A stretch of 64,000 bases of DNA from Candidatus Magasanikiibacteriota bacterium (GCA_049287025.1 JBAQFA010000009.1:24802-88801); one strand, 5' to 3'; shown: positions 8,758 through 19,818, counted from the first letter of the stretch. Notes: a model not told the origin generated them from the letters alone. Program-made: numbers and translations.

Positions 8758-10122
8758 TTATTTTACATACTTCAATGGGTTCATTCTACTGCCGTTAATT
8801 CTCACTTCAAAGTGGATATGTGGACCAGTGGATCGGCCAGTAGAGCCCATGAGAGCAATGGTTTGTCCTTGAACAACTTCTTCACCAACAGACACAAACA
8901 ATCTAGAAGCATGTGCATAAACAGTTTGTATTCCACCGCCATTGTTTAGAATAATATAACAACCATAACCACTATTGTATCCGCATTGTGATTTTATAAC
9001 TGTACCAGCTTTGGTAGCATATAATGGTGTACCGACTGGACCAGCAATATCTAGACCAGTATGGCGCCAACTGTAGTATTGAGTAATTCTTCTGACTGAA
9101 GTTGGCCATAAGTAACCAGAGCCAATAGCCGTAGCTGAAGCAGGTGGAGCAGAAATATTACTCAATTGATTATATTGGCGAGTAGGTTGGGTGTAGGTAT
9201 AAACTGGTTGAGGCATTTTTCCTCCAGGAATCATAATTTCCTCACCAATTACCAAGTCAGATCCATCATCTTTTAATTTATTAAATTCTATAATTTTATC
9301 TGCTTCTGCACTGTAAGTTTTGGCAATTTTTGACAGAGTATCACCTTTTTTAATTTTATGAATAAGACCAGAAGTGGGTAAAATTTTTAATTTATCTCCC
9401 GGACGAATGTAAGAGCGGAGAGTTAGACTGTTTGACCATAATAAAGTATTGACATCAATATTATATTTTTCTGCGATAGTGCCAATTGTATCACCAGTTT
9501 CTACATTGTGAATAATAATTTCTTCTCGGCCAGTGTCATTACTACTATTTGTAATATTAGCGCCGGTAATGATATTTGGTTTGGTAATAGCTGTTCCACC
9601 CAAAGCAATACTCGCGATGTTAGTGGGTTGATTGGTAGTCTGTCCAGAAAGAGTTCGGGGTTGAATTTGAATAGCACCTTGTTGCCAGGAATTTTCCACT
9701 GGCTTGATTGTGACATTGGCAGAATCTATTGTTATTTCGGTCAAATCAAAATCTTGTTCTCCTGGTCCAACAATTTTATAAAGAATGGTGTCTCTGCCAG
9801 GGATTTTGGTGGTGTCACGAGCATAGAGACGAGTATGAGGAATAGCGATCACAAAAATAATAATAAAGAGAATAATTTGTAAAGTACCGCGTTTGCCAAA
9901 GAGCTCTATGGCTTTGCTGTTCCAAGGCATTTTTAAAATGCCCGCGTGTTTTTCTAGTTGAAATTTGGCTTTGTAAAAACGAAAGCCAATGGTATTACGA
10001 AACCAATTTAATATATAAAACAGACCATTGCCATTAATTCTTAAAAGCCAAAATAGGGCTTTTTTCAAATATGTTAGGCCACGTAGTATATAGAGGAGAA
10101 TTTTATAGCCAAGTCTTTGCAT
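8758..10122 (-). CDS. LysM-domain M23 family metallopeptidase (peptidoglycan endopeptidase)
   Basis: Two LysM-like segments (DTIGTIAEKYNIDVNTLLWSN; DTLSKIAKTY) and C-terminal M23 motifs HxxxD...HIHFEV. True start may be the internal M (MPWNSKAIE..., about 9927). Confidence 0.8.
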   Translation of the reverse strand: MQRLGYKILLYILRGLTYLKKALFWLLRINGNGLFYILNWFRNTIGFRFYKAKFQLEKHAGILKMPWNSKAIELFGKRGTLQIILFIIIFVIAIPHTRLYARDTTKIPGRDTILYKIVGPGEQDFDLTEITIDSANVTIKPVENSWQQGAIQIQPRTLSGQTTNQPTNIASIALGGTAITKPNIITGANITNSSNDTGREEIIIHNVETGDTIGTIAEKYNIDVNTLLWSNSLTLRSYIRPGDKLKILPTSGLIHKIKKGDTLSKIAKTYSAEADKIIEFNKLKDDGSDLVIGEEIMIPGGKMPQPVYTYTQPTRQYNQLSNISAPPASATAIGSGYLWPTSVRRITQYYSWRHTGLDIAGPVGTPLYATKAGTVIKSQCGYNSGYGCYIILNNGGGIQTVYAHASRLFVSVGEEVVQGQTIALMGSTGRSTGPHIHFEVRINGSRMNPLKYVK

Positions 10123-10374
10123 AAAGTAGACAATATTATGCCTATAAAATGTGATTTTGTCAATTTTTTTATCGTTGTATAAGTGATTATTTTTGGCTAA
10201 TATAAGCTATTTTTTATTATTTTTAAGCTCGGGATAACTTTTTTAAAATATTGTTTTGGTTAGCTTTTTTTGGCTGTAGCAAAATTGACTTGTTTTGAAT
10301 TATTATATATAATAATGGCGCATAAAAAAGACGACAGAAAACGTCTTTATAATATTTATTCTTAATTATTTTCT

Positions 10375-12363
10375 ATGATTACGACATTGCTCGTACTTTT
10401 GCCAGCCTTGGCTGCCATACTTTATGGTGGAATTTTAATTGGCTGGATCAACAAACAGCCGGCCGGTTCAGAAAGAATGCAGGCCATTGCTAAGGCTATC
10501 CAAGAAGGCGCCAAAGCTTATCTCGGCAGACAATACAAGACTATTGCCATGGTGGCCGTAGTAGTATTTGTTTTGCTTTGGATTTTCTTAGGATTCAAAA
10601 CCGGTTTAGGTTTTGTGGTTGGGGCAACTTTTTCGGGAATTGCTGGTTATCTTGGTATGACTATTTCCGTCAAAGCCAATGTAAGGACAGCCGAAGCAGC
10701 CAAAAAAGGTTTTAAAGAAGCTTTGGACGTAGCCGTAAAAGGTGGTTCAATTACCGGCTTGTTAGTCGTGGGTTTGGGTTTGTTTGGAGTAGGAGCATTT
10801 TATTTAATTTTCAAAGATACTAATTCTTTAATTGGTTTAGCTTTTGGTGGTTCTCTAATTTCTATTTTTGCTCGTATTGGTGGCGGTATTTTTACCAAAG
10901 CCGCTGATGTTGGCGCTGACTTGGTCGGTAAAGTAGAAAAAGGTATTCCTGAAGATGATCCTCGCAATCCAGCGGTGATTGCTGATAATGTTGGCGACAA
11001 CGTCGGTGATTGTGCAGGTATGGCTGCTGACTTATTTGAAACTTATGCTGTGACAGCTGTAGCTGCTATGGTGCTTGGTGCCCTTACTTTTAAAGGTAAT
11101 GAAGAAGCAATTATTTTCCCATTAATCTTGGGTGGAATTTCTATTATTGGTTCAATCATCGGTACATTCTTTATTAGATTAGGCAAGACAAAAAATGTCA
11201 TGAATGCGCTTTATAAGGGTTTAGTTGTGTCGGGAGTTTTATCAATGATTGGTTTTTATTTTGCTAGTACAGTTTATAGTAAATATTTAAATTTAACAGT
11301 TAGTCAATTATTCTGGAGCGGTTTTATTGGTTTAGTTTTAACTGGTCTTATGGTTTGGATTACAGAGTATTATACCTCTACCAAATATGGTCCAGTAAAA
11401 AGTATTGCCAAAGCTTCTGAGACTGGTCATGGTACCAATGTGATTGCTGGTTTGGCTGTATCCATGAAAGCGACTGCTTTGCCAGTTCTATTCATTGCGG
11501 CTGCTATGCTTGGAGCTTATAGTTTGGCTGGTCTCTATGGTGTAGCTATTGCGGCTATGGCCATGTTGTCTATGACAGGAATTGTAGTGACAATTGATGC
11601 CTATGGTCCAATTACTGACAATGCTGGTGGTATTGCGGAAATGGCTGAGCTCGGTGATGAAGTGAGAGCAGTCACTGATCCATTAGATGCCGTTGGAAAT
11701 ACTACCAAAGCTGTGACAAAAGGTTATGCGATTGCCTCAGCTGCTCTGGCCGCTCTAGTTTTATTTGCCGATTACACTCACAAATTGGCTGAGAATGGTA
11801 TTTCTACAGTTTTTAGAATTGATGATCCAAAAGTTTTGGTTGGTTTGTTTATTGGTGGCTTACTGCCATATTTATTTGGTTCATTTTTAATGGAATCAGT
11901 TGGCAAGGTGGCGGGTAAAGTAGTAGAAGAAGTTCGTCGCCAGTTCAAAGAAATTGCGGGAATAATGGAAGGCAATGCCAAACCAGATTATGCCAAGTGT
12001 GTGGACATCGTAACCAAAGGAGCAATCGGTCAAATGGTTTTACCAGCTTTGATTCCAATAGTAGCACCGATTTTAGTTGGCCTAATTTTAGGACCAGCCG
12101 CTCTTGGTGGTTTATTGGTAGGTACAATCGTGACTGGTTTGTTTGTCGCAATTTCCATGACAGCGGGTGGTGGTGCTTGGGACAATGCCAAAAAATATAT
12201 TGAAAATGGTAATTACGGTGGCAAAGGATCTTTTGCTCACCAAGCGGCTGTTACAGGTGACACAGTTGGTGATCCATACAAAGATACTGCTGGTCCAGCC
12301 ATTAATCCGATGATTAAGGTGGCGAATATAGTTGCATTGTTGATTGTGGGGTTGTTGAAATAG
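10375..12363 (+). CDS. hppA: Membrane-bound ion-translocating pyrophosphatase
   Basis: 662 aa; DNVGDNVGD and [14 protein letters not shown] signatures of V-type PPases. Confidence 0.9.
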   Translation: MITTLLVLLPALAAILYGGILIGWINKQPAGSERMQAIAKAIQEGAKAYLGRQYKTIAMVAVVVFVLLWIFLGFKTGLGFVVGATFSGIAGYLGMTISVKANVRTAEAAKKGFKEALDVAVKGGSITGLLVVGLGLFGVGAFYLIFKDTNSLIGLAFGGSLISIFARIGGGIFTKAADVGADLVGKVEKGIPEDDPRNPAVIADNVGDNVGDCAGMAADLFETYAVTAVAAMVLGALTFKGNEEAIIFPLILGGISIIGSIIGTFFIRLGKTKNVMNALYKGLVVSGVLSMIGFYFASTVYSKYLNLTVSQLFWSGFIGLVLTGLMVWITEYYTSTKYGPVKSIAKASETGHGTNVIAGLAVSMKATALPVLFIAAAMLGAYSLAGLYGVAIAAMAMLSMTGIVVTIDAYGPITDNAGGIAEMAELGDEVRAVTDPLDAVGNTTKAVTKGYAIASAALAALVLFADYTHKLAENGISTVFRIDDPKVLVGLFIGGLLPYLFGSFLMESVGKVAGKVVEEVRRQFKEIAGIMEGNAKPDYAKCVDIVTKGAIGQMVLPALIPIVAPILVGLILGPAALGGLLVGTIVTGLFVAISMTAGGGAWDNAKKYIENGNYGGKGSFAHQAAVTGDTVGDPYKDTAGPAINPMIKVANIVALLIVGLLK

Positions 12364-12414
12364 ACACGGATTATACGGAATTAAAGGATTATACGGAAAA
12401 TAAGAAAAATTAAA

Positions 12415-12448
12415 ACACTCTGCTAAATTGGCAGGGTGTTTTTTTTGT
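12415..12448 (+). terminator. Rho-independent terminator after hppA
   Basis: cactctgc-taaattg-gcagggtg + ttttttttg. Confidence 0.6.
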
Positions 12449-12574
12449 TTAACACTTTTTAAATCGTAAACTTGACTTATCATATAAAATATAGTATAAA
12501 TGTATGTCCGATAGACTTGTTGTCTGTCGTTTTGGTATATAAGGCAACTTTGCTTTGTTGTTGTGTGTGCTTGA

Positions 12575-13588
12575 GTGAACAACCATAATCCTTGGATGGG
12601 AGGTGAGACAGGGGAAATGGCAAAGGATCTTTCGGAGAGAAAATTTCGAAGCACCGTGCGGTATGTGCGACGTCTATTGGGGGGTGGGACTGGTATTGTG
12701 ACTGCTCAACAGCTTCAGAAGGCTGGAAAACGAGCTCGCGGTCCTTTCTTTGACCCCAGAGACCATGGTCTGGTTCGTCCGTTCTTGGAGCGTGGAGCCG
12801 AAGAAGGACTCTGGGTGCTTGAGAACGGCGGTGGTCGGGCTGTCGTACCTGATGGTGTGTGGGAACAGTGGGATAGTCGTGGCGAGAGACGGCGTGAGGA
12901 ACGTCAGTCACAAGTTACGGCTCAAGCAGGAACCCGGCCAGCTTCAGTGCTGGCATCACTAGAGGAGGTCTCTATGACCGACGGTACGAAGAAGGGGGTG
13001 GGCGTATCCCCGAAAAATCCTATCTGGGTTTGGCTTCGGGCCAAGAAGGGTAGGTTGGGAGAGCTCATCGAGCTGTTCCAGGGGGTCCATGATGGTGCTC
13101 CGGTTCTCGCCAAGAAGGGTGGGGCTTTGAGTTTCCATTTTGCCCGCCCGCACCTAGTTCGGGGCCTGCAGAAGCTCGGGATGGAGCAGATCGACGATGG
13201 GTCAAAGATCCTGGCCACGGTCTTCTCCTACCTCGCCACGCCTGAGCAGGGGGTATTCGAGCGTGTGGGTTCTGGTGGGTACCCCCGCTACAAGCTCGGG
13301 CCGAAAGGGCAGAAGCTCTTGACCGAGGTCAGGAGCAGGGGCTCTGAGCCCATGCCACCGCCCGTTCCGTCCACGTCACCGACCGCTGCCCCCAGCCCGG
13401 GTGACCCGTTCGCCGAGGAGGAGGCCGCTCTCGTGGCCAAGCTCGAGGCGGTCCGTGCCAAACGCCGGCGCTTCATCGTGGTCGAGGACCTCGTGGTCAA
13501 GGCCATGAAGAAGGCCGGCATCGAGGGGACAGAGCAAGTTGAGTTCCTCAAGGCGCTCGTCAAAAAGCTCGGGGGTTCCTCCGAGTAG
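12575..13588 (+). CDS. GC-rich (about 62% GC) hypothetical protein, apparently horizontally acquired (cassette E)
   Basis: 337-codon open frame in 65% GC DNA is unlikely by chance. The sequence is protein-like (…EAALVAKLEAVRAKRRRFIVVEDLVVKAMKKAGIEG…). Likely start is the ATG at 12617 with RBS gggagg. Confidence 0.5.
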   Translation: MNNHNPWMGGETGEMAKDLSERKFRSTVRYVRRLLGGGTGIVTAQQLQKAGKRARGPFFDPRDHGLVRPFLERGAEEGLWVLENGGGRAVVPDGVWEQWDSRGERRREERQSQVTAQAGTRPASVLASLEEVSMTDGTKKGVGVSPKNPIWVWLRAKKGRLGELIELFQGVHDGAPVLAKKGGALSFHFARPHLVRGLQKLGMEQIDDGSKILATVFSYLATPEQGVFERVGSGGYPRYKLGPKGQKLLTEVRSRGSEPMPPPVPSTSPTAAPSPGDPFAEEEAALVAKLEAVRAKRRRFIVVEDLVVKAMKKAGIEGTEQVEFLKALVKKLGGSSE

Positions 13589-13795
13589 TCAAATCTCTAG
13601 GCAGTCTTGACTGCCTACGACATCGTTCTTTCAACCTGTCCCGTTCGGGACACCAAAGTCAGGGAAGTGAGTATCACTCCACATCGGAGCGTACCTTCCC
13701 TGGCGCTCCATCAAAAGAACATCTCTAGTTAGGTGTTTTTTTGTTTAACATTGATTTTACAGATTTTAAAAAAGATTTTATTTTATAAAAATTAT

Positions 13796-14560
13796 TTATT
13801 TCAAACTGTTCCACAACATCTCCCAAACAAGACGTTGGTTATCAGCATTGGCTTGGTCTTCAATAATGACTAGGATCATACTCTCCCAAGAAACAGTCAT
13901 TACTCGATTGCCATAAATAACAGTGTGACTTTTGAATGATTTACCTTCGGGTAAAAATTTTACTTCACGTAATTCTTCTGTGGCACGTCTAGCTTCTAAA
14001 ATACCGGATTTGGATTTTTCCACAATTATTTTTGCTTTAACCCCTAATGAAATTCGTTCGTTGGTTAATTTTTTATACTCTTCTGGAAAAGTTGTTAATA
14101 GTTTTTCTGATGAACCATATACCAAATTTTCTTTTAGATTTACTTTGTGTCTAATCCTGTCTAGATAAGCATTCCATACATTTTTTCTACCCTCAAAATA
14201 TAATACTTTTGGTTTGTTGGCACCTTTGTTTTGTAAAGCCTCAAGTTCTGGTATTAGATCAGCAAAAAGTTGCTCTTTGTAACGAAGTGAATCCAAAAAT
14301 TTTTCTGGTTCCATGGCCACAAAATATCTTTTTCTGCCTTTGTTAACCACATTCATTAAGCCTTTAAGAATTAATTTTTCTATAATGTCGTATGTAGTTA
14401 CTCTATGTATGCCGGCTTTTTGAGCAATTGTCTGGACTGAAGCATGACCAAGCTCTAAGGTGGCTAAGTAAATTTCGGCCTCTTTGGCATCTAGACCAAA
14501 TTGTTGTAATTGATTAGGTAAAATCATAAAATGTTGTAGGAAAAGTTCTACATTTTTCAT
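13796..14560 (-). CDS. TrmB-family wHTH transcriptional regulator (paralog E)
   Basis: N-terminus EAEIYLATLELGHASVQTIAQKAGIHRVTTYDIIEKLILKGL matches the TrmB HTH. Paralogous to ORFs at 28374, 30255, 31929 and 48975. Confidence 0.7.
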   Translation of the reverse strand: MKNVELFLQHFMILPNQLQQFGLDAKEAEIYLATLELGHASVQTIAQKAGIHRVTTYDIIEKLILKGLMNVVNKGRKRYFVAMEPEKFLDSLRYKEQLFADLIPELEALQNKGANKPKVLYFEGRKNVWNAYLDRIRHKVNLKENLVYGSSEKLLTTFPEEYKKLTNERISLGVKAKIIVEKSKSGILEARRATEELREVKFLPEGKSFKSHTVIYGNRVMTVSWESMILVIIEDQANADNQRLVWEMLWNSLK

Positions 14561-14639
14561 TATATCTATTTACAATAAATAAGTCAATCTGCTAATCTAA
14601 TGTAGTATATTATCGACATAATTAATTTAAAATAATACT

Positions 14640-15674
14640 ATGAGAAAAAAATATCTAATTTGGGCAGTTGTGGCAGTGGCCATAATAATGGTTGGCTATT
14701 TAACAATTAGTAGAATACAACAAAATTCAAATCAGTCCGTCAGCTCTAACCAAGAAAAAATACTAGATGTAAAATTAGGTTTAAGTATTCAGCCATCAAA
14801 TGGTTTGTTGTGGGTAGCAGTAGATAAAAATTTTTTTCTAGAAGAAGGTTTGAATGTACAAGTGCAAGAATTTGCCGCTGGAAAATTGGCTTTGCAAGCT
14901 ATGCTTGGTGGATCAGTGGATTTAACTACCCCGGCTGAATTTCCTGTGGTTTTGGCTAGCGTGAATGGAGAAAAACTTTCTATTCTAACCCAAGTCAATG
15001 AAACCAGCGGAGGGTTTCCTATGATTTTTCGCAAAGACAATGAGGAAACATTTAATACTTCTACTTATTTTATTAAAAAAAGAAAAATTGGCACGTCAGT
15101 TGGTGGTGGGCCAGAATATTTTACTCAAGATTTTTTTAATAAGTATCAGATTAAACCCAGCCAATATGAAATTGTCGGAATGAAACCTGAAGATTTACCT
15201 ATTGCTTTGGTAAATGGTAGTATAGATGCTATGGCAATTTTTGAACCCTTTACTCATTTTGCGATTGAACGCGCGGGAGCAGAAAATTTATTTGTTATTT
15301 ATGACGAAGATTTATATTCCGAAACCATTGTTTTAACAGGTAAAACTGATTGGGTCAAGACTCATAATGAAGAAGTGAACAGATTCATTCGGGCTTTAAA
15401 AAAGTCTTATGATTTTATTAAAAGTAATCCTGATGAGGCCATGACTTCAGTAGCACTTCATACCAAATTGGATTTGGCAACTGTAATAAGCATCTGGCCA
15501 ACTTTTACTTATGAACTTGGTTTACAGAAAAAATTAATTGCCTCTATGGAGAATGAAGCTAAGTGGGCTAGTGAAACAGGCAAAACAAAAAATGAGATAA
15601 GTGGCATAGATTTTCAGCAAATTTTATTTCCTGAACCTTTACAAGCATTGCTGCCAGGTTTGGTGAATTTATGA
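14640..15674 (+). CDS. ABC transporter substrate-binding protein (NMT1/SsuA/TauA-like)
   Basis: Signal-anchor, periplasmic-binding-protein fold; first gene of a three-gene ABC operon. Confidence 0.7.
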   Translation: MRKKYLIWAVVAVAIIMVGYLTISRIQQNSNQSVSSNQEKILDVKLGLSIQPSNGLLWVAVDKNFFLEEGLNVQVQEFAAGKLALQAMLGGSVDLTTPAEFPVVLASVNGEKLSILTQVNETSGGFPMIFRKDNEETFNTSTYFIKKRKIGTSVGGGPEYFTQDFFNKYQIKPSQYEIVGMKPEDLPIALVNGSIDAMAIFEPFTHFAIERAGAENLFVIYDEDLYSETIVLTGKTDWVKTHNEEVNRFIRALKKSYDFIKSNPDEAMTSVALHTKLDLATVISIWPTFTYELGLQKKLIASMENEAKWASETGKTKNEISGIDFQQILFPEPLQALLPGLVNL

Positions 15675-16462
15675 AATTAAAGAAAATATTTTTATACATT
15701 TTACCCACTTTCATTTTTTTACTGTTTTGGGAGTGGGTCTCACGCAAAGGGCCTGTCAATCAGGTCCTTTTTCCTCCACCATCAGAAGTTGTCATTTCTT
15801 GGTTGAATTTAGTAAAAGATAATATTCTTTTACCAGATATTGAAGTAAGTTTGAAGCGTTTATTTTTTGGTTTGGTTATTGGTAGTACAGTTGCCATTAT
15901 TACTGGTTTATTAACTGGCAGAATAAAAAAAATTCATAATATTATCACACCTTTTATTCAAGCCATACGACCTTTGCCAGCCGTGGCCGTTATTCCTTTA
16001 GTAATTGTTTGGCTGGGTATTGGAGACACGGCAAAAATATTCACGATTGCCTTTGGATCATTTTTTCCTATTTGGTTAAATACTCATGTGGGTGCTGAAC
16101 AAATACCAAGGATATTTTTGTGGTCAGCCAGATTGTTAAATCTCTCCCCACTTAAACTATTTACGAAAGTGATTTTTCCAGCGGCGTTGCCCTTTATTTT
16201 AACAGGTGTTCGTACTGGGGCAGCCACAGCTTATGCTATGGTGTTTGTTTCAGAGTTGGCCGGTGCTTCCAGTGGTATTGGCTATAGAGTTGCCGTAGCT
16301 CAATTGGTTTATCGTACTGATCAGATGATGGCTGCTTTAGTTACCTTGGGAATTTTAGGAGCTTTAACTGATTTATTAATTGTTTTTATAAGCAAAAAAT
16401 TAACCCCTTGGATTAAAAATCATGAACATGAGCCAAATTATCATCAAAAATTTATCAGTTAA
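15671..16462 (+). CDS. ABC transporter permease (SsuC/TauC-like)
   Basis: 6 TM segments, BPD-transport inner-membrane-component signature region; overlaps neighbours. Confidence 0.75.
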   Translation: MKLKKIFLYILPTFIFLLFWEWVSRKGPVNQVLFPPPSEVVISWLNLVKDNILLPDIEVSLKRLFFGLVIGSTVAIITGLLTGRIKKIHNIITPFIQAIRPLPAVAVIPLVIVWLGIGDTAKIFTIAFGSFFPIWLNTHVGAEQIPRIFLWSARLLNLSPLKLFTKVIFPAALPFILTGVRTGAATAYAMVFVSELAGASSGIGYRVAVAQLVYRTDQMMAALVTLGILGALTDLLIVFISKKLTPWIKNHEHEPNYHQKFIS

Positions 16463-17123
16463 ACGCGGAGAAAATTTTATTTTAAAAAATCTTGATTTGG
16501 CAATTCAAAAGGGTGAATTTGTGGCAATAGTTGGCAAGTCTGGCAGTGGCAAAACTACTTTTCTTCACACTTTGGCTGATTTTTTGCCTTTTTCTGGAGA
16601 TATTATTATCCCCTCTAATTTGGGAATGGTTTTTCAAGAGTATAGTATTTTTCCTTGGTTAACTGTGGAAAAAAATATTTCGCTTGGTTTGGATAAATAT
16701 CATCCTGATAAAAGAAAAGAAATAGTTGAAGAACATCTGGTTTTAACAGAACTGGAACACAAGCGTGATTCCTACTCAGCTGAACTTTCTGGTGGACAAA
16801 TTCAACGAGTAGCCATTGCCCGTTCACTAGCGCCCGATCCCGAGGTGTTATTAATGGATGAGCCATATAGTGCCTTAGATGCTCACACTAGATATAAAAT
16901 GCAAGAATGGCTTTTGGAAGTGTGGCAAAAGAAACAAAAAACCATAGTTTTTGTCACTCACAATATTGAGGAGGCGATATTTTTGGCTGATCGTATATTG
17001 GTTTTGAACCAGGGTAATTTTGTTCATGAATTTATTGTTCCATTTGTTAGGCCCAGGGTAGATGATATGAGATTTACAATGGAATTCAATTTACTAAATC
17101 AAAGGATTAAGTCTTTTTTGTAA
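16422..17123 (+). CDS. ABC transporter ATP-binding protein
   Basis: Walker A GKSGSGKTT, signature LSGGQIQRVAIARSL, Walker B LLMDEP. Confidence 0.85.
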   Translation: MNMSQIIIKNLSVKRGENFILKNLDLAIQKGEFVAIVGKSGSGKTTFLHTLADFLPFSGDIIIPSNLGMVFQEYSIFPWLTVEKNISLGLDKYHPDKRKEIVEEHLVLTELEHKRDSYSAELSGGQIQRVAIARSLAPDPEVLLMDEPYSALDAHTRYKMQEWLLEVWQKKQKTIVFVTHNIEEAIFLADRILVLNQGNFVHEFIVPFVRPRVDDMRFTMEFNLLNQRIKSFL

Positions 17124-17225
17124 TAAATGTAAAATGACATAAATAAACATTCTTATAAATGGGGTGTTTTTTTGTTTTCAAAAATGTGCTAGAATATAGG
17201 AGATAATTTTTATTAATCATTATAT

Positions 17226-19670
17226 ATGGGAAGACGAGGACGAGGGAGACAATCAAATTTAGACCCGGTTTTATCCCGGGGCATTTTAGCCATTGTAGTC
17301 GCGATTGCCGCCATTATTTTTGGGCTTAGTTTTTTTGGCAAAGCGGGCGCAGTGGGAATCATGCTTGATGAATATGTGTTAAGTTTTTTGTTTGGATCAA
17401 TCCGCTATACTGTACCATTTGTTATGTTGGTGCTTGCTTGGTATTTGGTGCGCGACACAGAATATAATTATCATCCTACTCACGGCATTGGCGCGATTTT
17501 ATTTTTTTTGAGTCTGGCCAGTTTTATGCATATCAAGTTTGAACCAAGTGAAATGTGGACGATGTCCCTGGATGGTTTTGGTGGTGGTATATTTGGTATG
17601 TTTGCTTGGCCACTCAAAATGTATTTGGGTGCGATTGCTGGTAAAGTAATTTTGGTCGGTATGGTGGCTGTTGGTTTCTTTTTAATTTTTAATACTTCGT
17701 TTGCGCATTTTGTTTTGATCAACAAAAAGATTTTTGCCGGCTTGGGCTGGGTTGGTAAATCAATTTTAAAATTATTTGGTTTATTTGTAGAAAAAAATAA
17801 AAAACATTTACAGGTTAACGGTGATTATGATGAAGATGGTGAAGATGTGGATGATTTGGCAGATAATGAAGACGAAGGAAACTCTTCGGCTAACGCTCAG
17901 AGTGAAGAAGAAAATATTGATGAAGATGAAAATACTAAAAAAGTTTTTGCCAAAAAAATTATTGGTTCAACTGATGATAATTCTTCTGATGAAAATAATT
18001 CTTCGGAAGACGCAAAGAGTGAAGAGGATGGTGTAGCAGCTTGGCAGAGAAATGTGGTAATAAAAAATTTACCTAATTATGATCTGTTAAATAGTAAGCG
18101 AAGTAAGCCAACGAGTGGAGACATCAAAGCTAATGCCCAAACTATTCATGATACTTTTCAAGAATTTAATATTGGCGTGGAAATGGGCGAAGTACGCGTG
18201 GGTCCGACCGTCACTCAGTATTCTCTCAAACCAGACAAAGGTATCAAACTAACTCGCATTACAACTTTGTCCAATGATTTATCTTTGGCTCTGGCCGCTC
18301 ATCCGATTAGAATTGAAGCACCAATTCCAGGCAAATCTTTAGTCGGGATTGAAGTGCCCAATTTTAAAGCTGCCATGGTGACACTCAAAGAACTTTTGGA
18401 AAGTAAAGAATTTGTAACTCGCGAACACAACTTAATGATTGCCCTGGGTAAAGATGTTTCAGGTAAAGTTTGGTTTGCGGATTTGCCCCGTATGCCTCAC
18501 CTGTTAGTAGCTGGTGCGACTGGTTCTGGTAAAACAGTATGTATCAATACAATTATCATGAGTTTACTTTATCAAAATACAGCCGAGACATTGCGTTTGA
18601 TCATGGTTGATCCAAAACGGGTAGAGTTAACACCATACAATGGTATTCCTCATTTACTTACCCCAGTCATTACCAATGTCCAAAAAACTGTTAACGCTCT
18701 CAAATGGTGTATTGGAGAAATGGATCGTCGGTTTGAATTATTTTCCAAATCCCATAGCCGTGATATTGGTTCATACAACAGCAAACATCCCAATGAAAAA
18801 ATACCTCATATTGTGTTTGTAATAGATGAACTAGCTGACTTAATGGCCTCCGCTGCGTCCGAAGTGGAAGCCGGGATTATTAGAATTGCCCAGATGGCTC
18901 GGGCAGTTGGAATTCACCTCATTGTCGCAACTCAACGCCCGTCAGTGGACATTATCACTGGTCTTATGAAGGCTAACATTCCAGCTAGAATTGCTTTTTC
19001 GGTAGCGTCTATTATTGATTCACGGACAATTTTGGATTGCCCTGGTGCAGACAAATTACTTGGCCGAGGTGATATGTTATTTTTAACTGCCGAGTTATCC
19101 AAGCCAGTGCGTGTTCAAGGAGCATTTGTTTCAGAACAAGAAGTTCATAATGTTGCGGATTATCTAAAAGGCGATGGTAAGGTAGAATATGATGAATCGA
19201 TTGTAGAAAAACCAACAGCCGGAACCATGAATATGTTTGGTGGTAGTTCTGATGACCAAGATCCTTTGTTTGAAGAATCCAGACAAGCCATTATTCAAGC
19301 TGGTAAAGCGAGTGCTTCATTTTTACAACGTCGTTTAAAAATTGGTTATGCTCGAGCCGCCAGAATTCTAGATGAATTAGAAGCAGCGGGAATTATTGGT
19401 CCAGGTGATGGCGCCAAACCACGAGAGATTTTGACCACCGAAGTTGAGGTGGAAAATAGTGATATGGGTATGGGACAAAAATTTAATGTTTTTGGTGGTA
19501 GTGAAGAAATCGTTGAAGAAACTAATAGTGATGAAGAGGTAGTTGAAGAAGAAAACAATCCAGATGAAGAAATTTTAGAAGATGGTGTTGAAAGTGAAGA
19601 AGAGAATGAAAATGATGAAGACATTGATGAGAACGAGGAAAAAAAGGAAGATGAAGTGGGGCTGTATTAA
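17226..19670 (+). CDS. ftsK: DNA translocase FtsK/SpoIIIE
   Basis: N-terminal TM segments, acidic linker, motor domain with VAGATGSGKTV and gamma-domain wHTH; acidic C-terminal tail. Confidence 0.9.
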   Translation: MGRRGRGRQSNLDPVLSRGILAIVVAIAAIIFGLSFFGKAGAVGIMLDEYVLSFLFGSIRYTVPFVMLVLAWYLVRDTEYNYHPTHGIGAILFFLSLASFMHIKFEPSEMWTMSLDGFGGGIFGMFAWPLKMYLGAIAGKVILVGMVAVGFFLIFNTSFAHFVLINKKIFAGLGWVGKSILKLFGLFVEKNKKHLQVNGDYDEDGEDVDDLADNEDEGNSSANAQSEEENIDEDENTKKVFAKKIIGSTDDNSSDENNSSEDAKSEEDGVAAWQRNVVIKNLPNYDLLNSKRSKPTSGDIKANAQTIHDTFQEFNIGVEMGEVRVGPTVTQYSLKPDKGIKLTRITTLSNDLSLALAAHPIRIEAPIPGKSLVGIEVPNFKAAMVTLKELLESKEFVTREHNLMIALGKDVSGKVWFADLPRMPHLLVAGATGSGKTVCINTIIMSLLYQNTAETLRLIMVDPKRVELTPYNGIPHLLTPVITNVQKTVNALKWCIGEMDRRFELFSKSHSRDIGSYNSKHPNEKIPHIVFVIDELADLMASAASEVEAGIIRIAQMARAVGIHLIVATQRPSVDIITGLMKANIPARIAFSVASIIDSRTILDCPGADKLLGRGDMLFLTAELSKPVRVQGAFVSEQEVHNVADYLKGDGKVEYDESIVEKPTAGTMNMFGGSSDDQDPLFEESRQAIIQAGKASASFLQRRLKIGYARAARILDELEAAGIIGPGDGAKPREILTTEVEVENSDMGMGQKFNVFGGSEEIVEETNSDEEVVEEENNPDEEILEDGVESEEENENDEDIDENEEKKEDEVGLY

Positions 19671-19683
19671 ATAAAATTGTAAT

Positions 19684-19800
19684 TAGTAATTAGTAAATAG
19701 TAATTGTGGTGTATTCGTATAGATTTTGGATTATATATAATAATTTGGAAATATAAAATTACTATTTACAATTTACTAATTACAAAACAACTTCAATATA
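19684..19800. repeat. Long AT-rich inverted repeat (about 28-bp arms, about 50-nt spacer) between ftsK and rodZ-like gene
   Basis: ttgtaattagtaattagtaaatagtaat ... attactatttacaatttactaattacaa. Confidence 0.5.
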
Positions 19801-19818
19801 GAATTTTGTTTTGTAATT

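Noticed and set aside
12480-13563. Several antisense ORFs (12480-12911, 12922-13218, 13288-13563, also 33466-33930, 31500-31835) inside GC-rich islands
   Set aside because: High GC suppresses stop codons, so long antisense frames are expected. The + strand frames are longer and have RBS-like sequences. Two of the antisense ORFs merely translate the 26-nt repeat (…AELTRRPT…).
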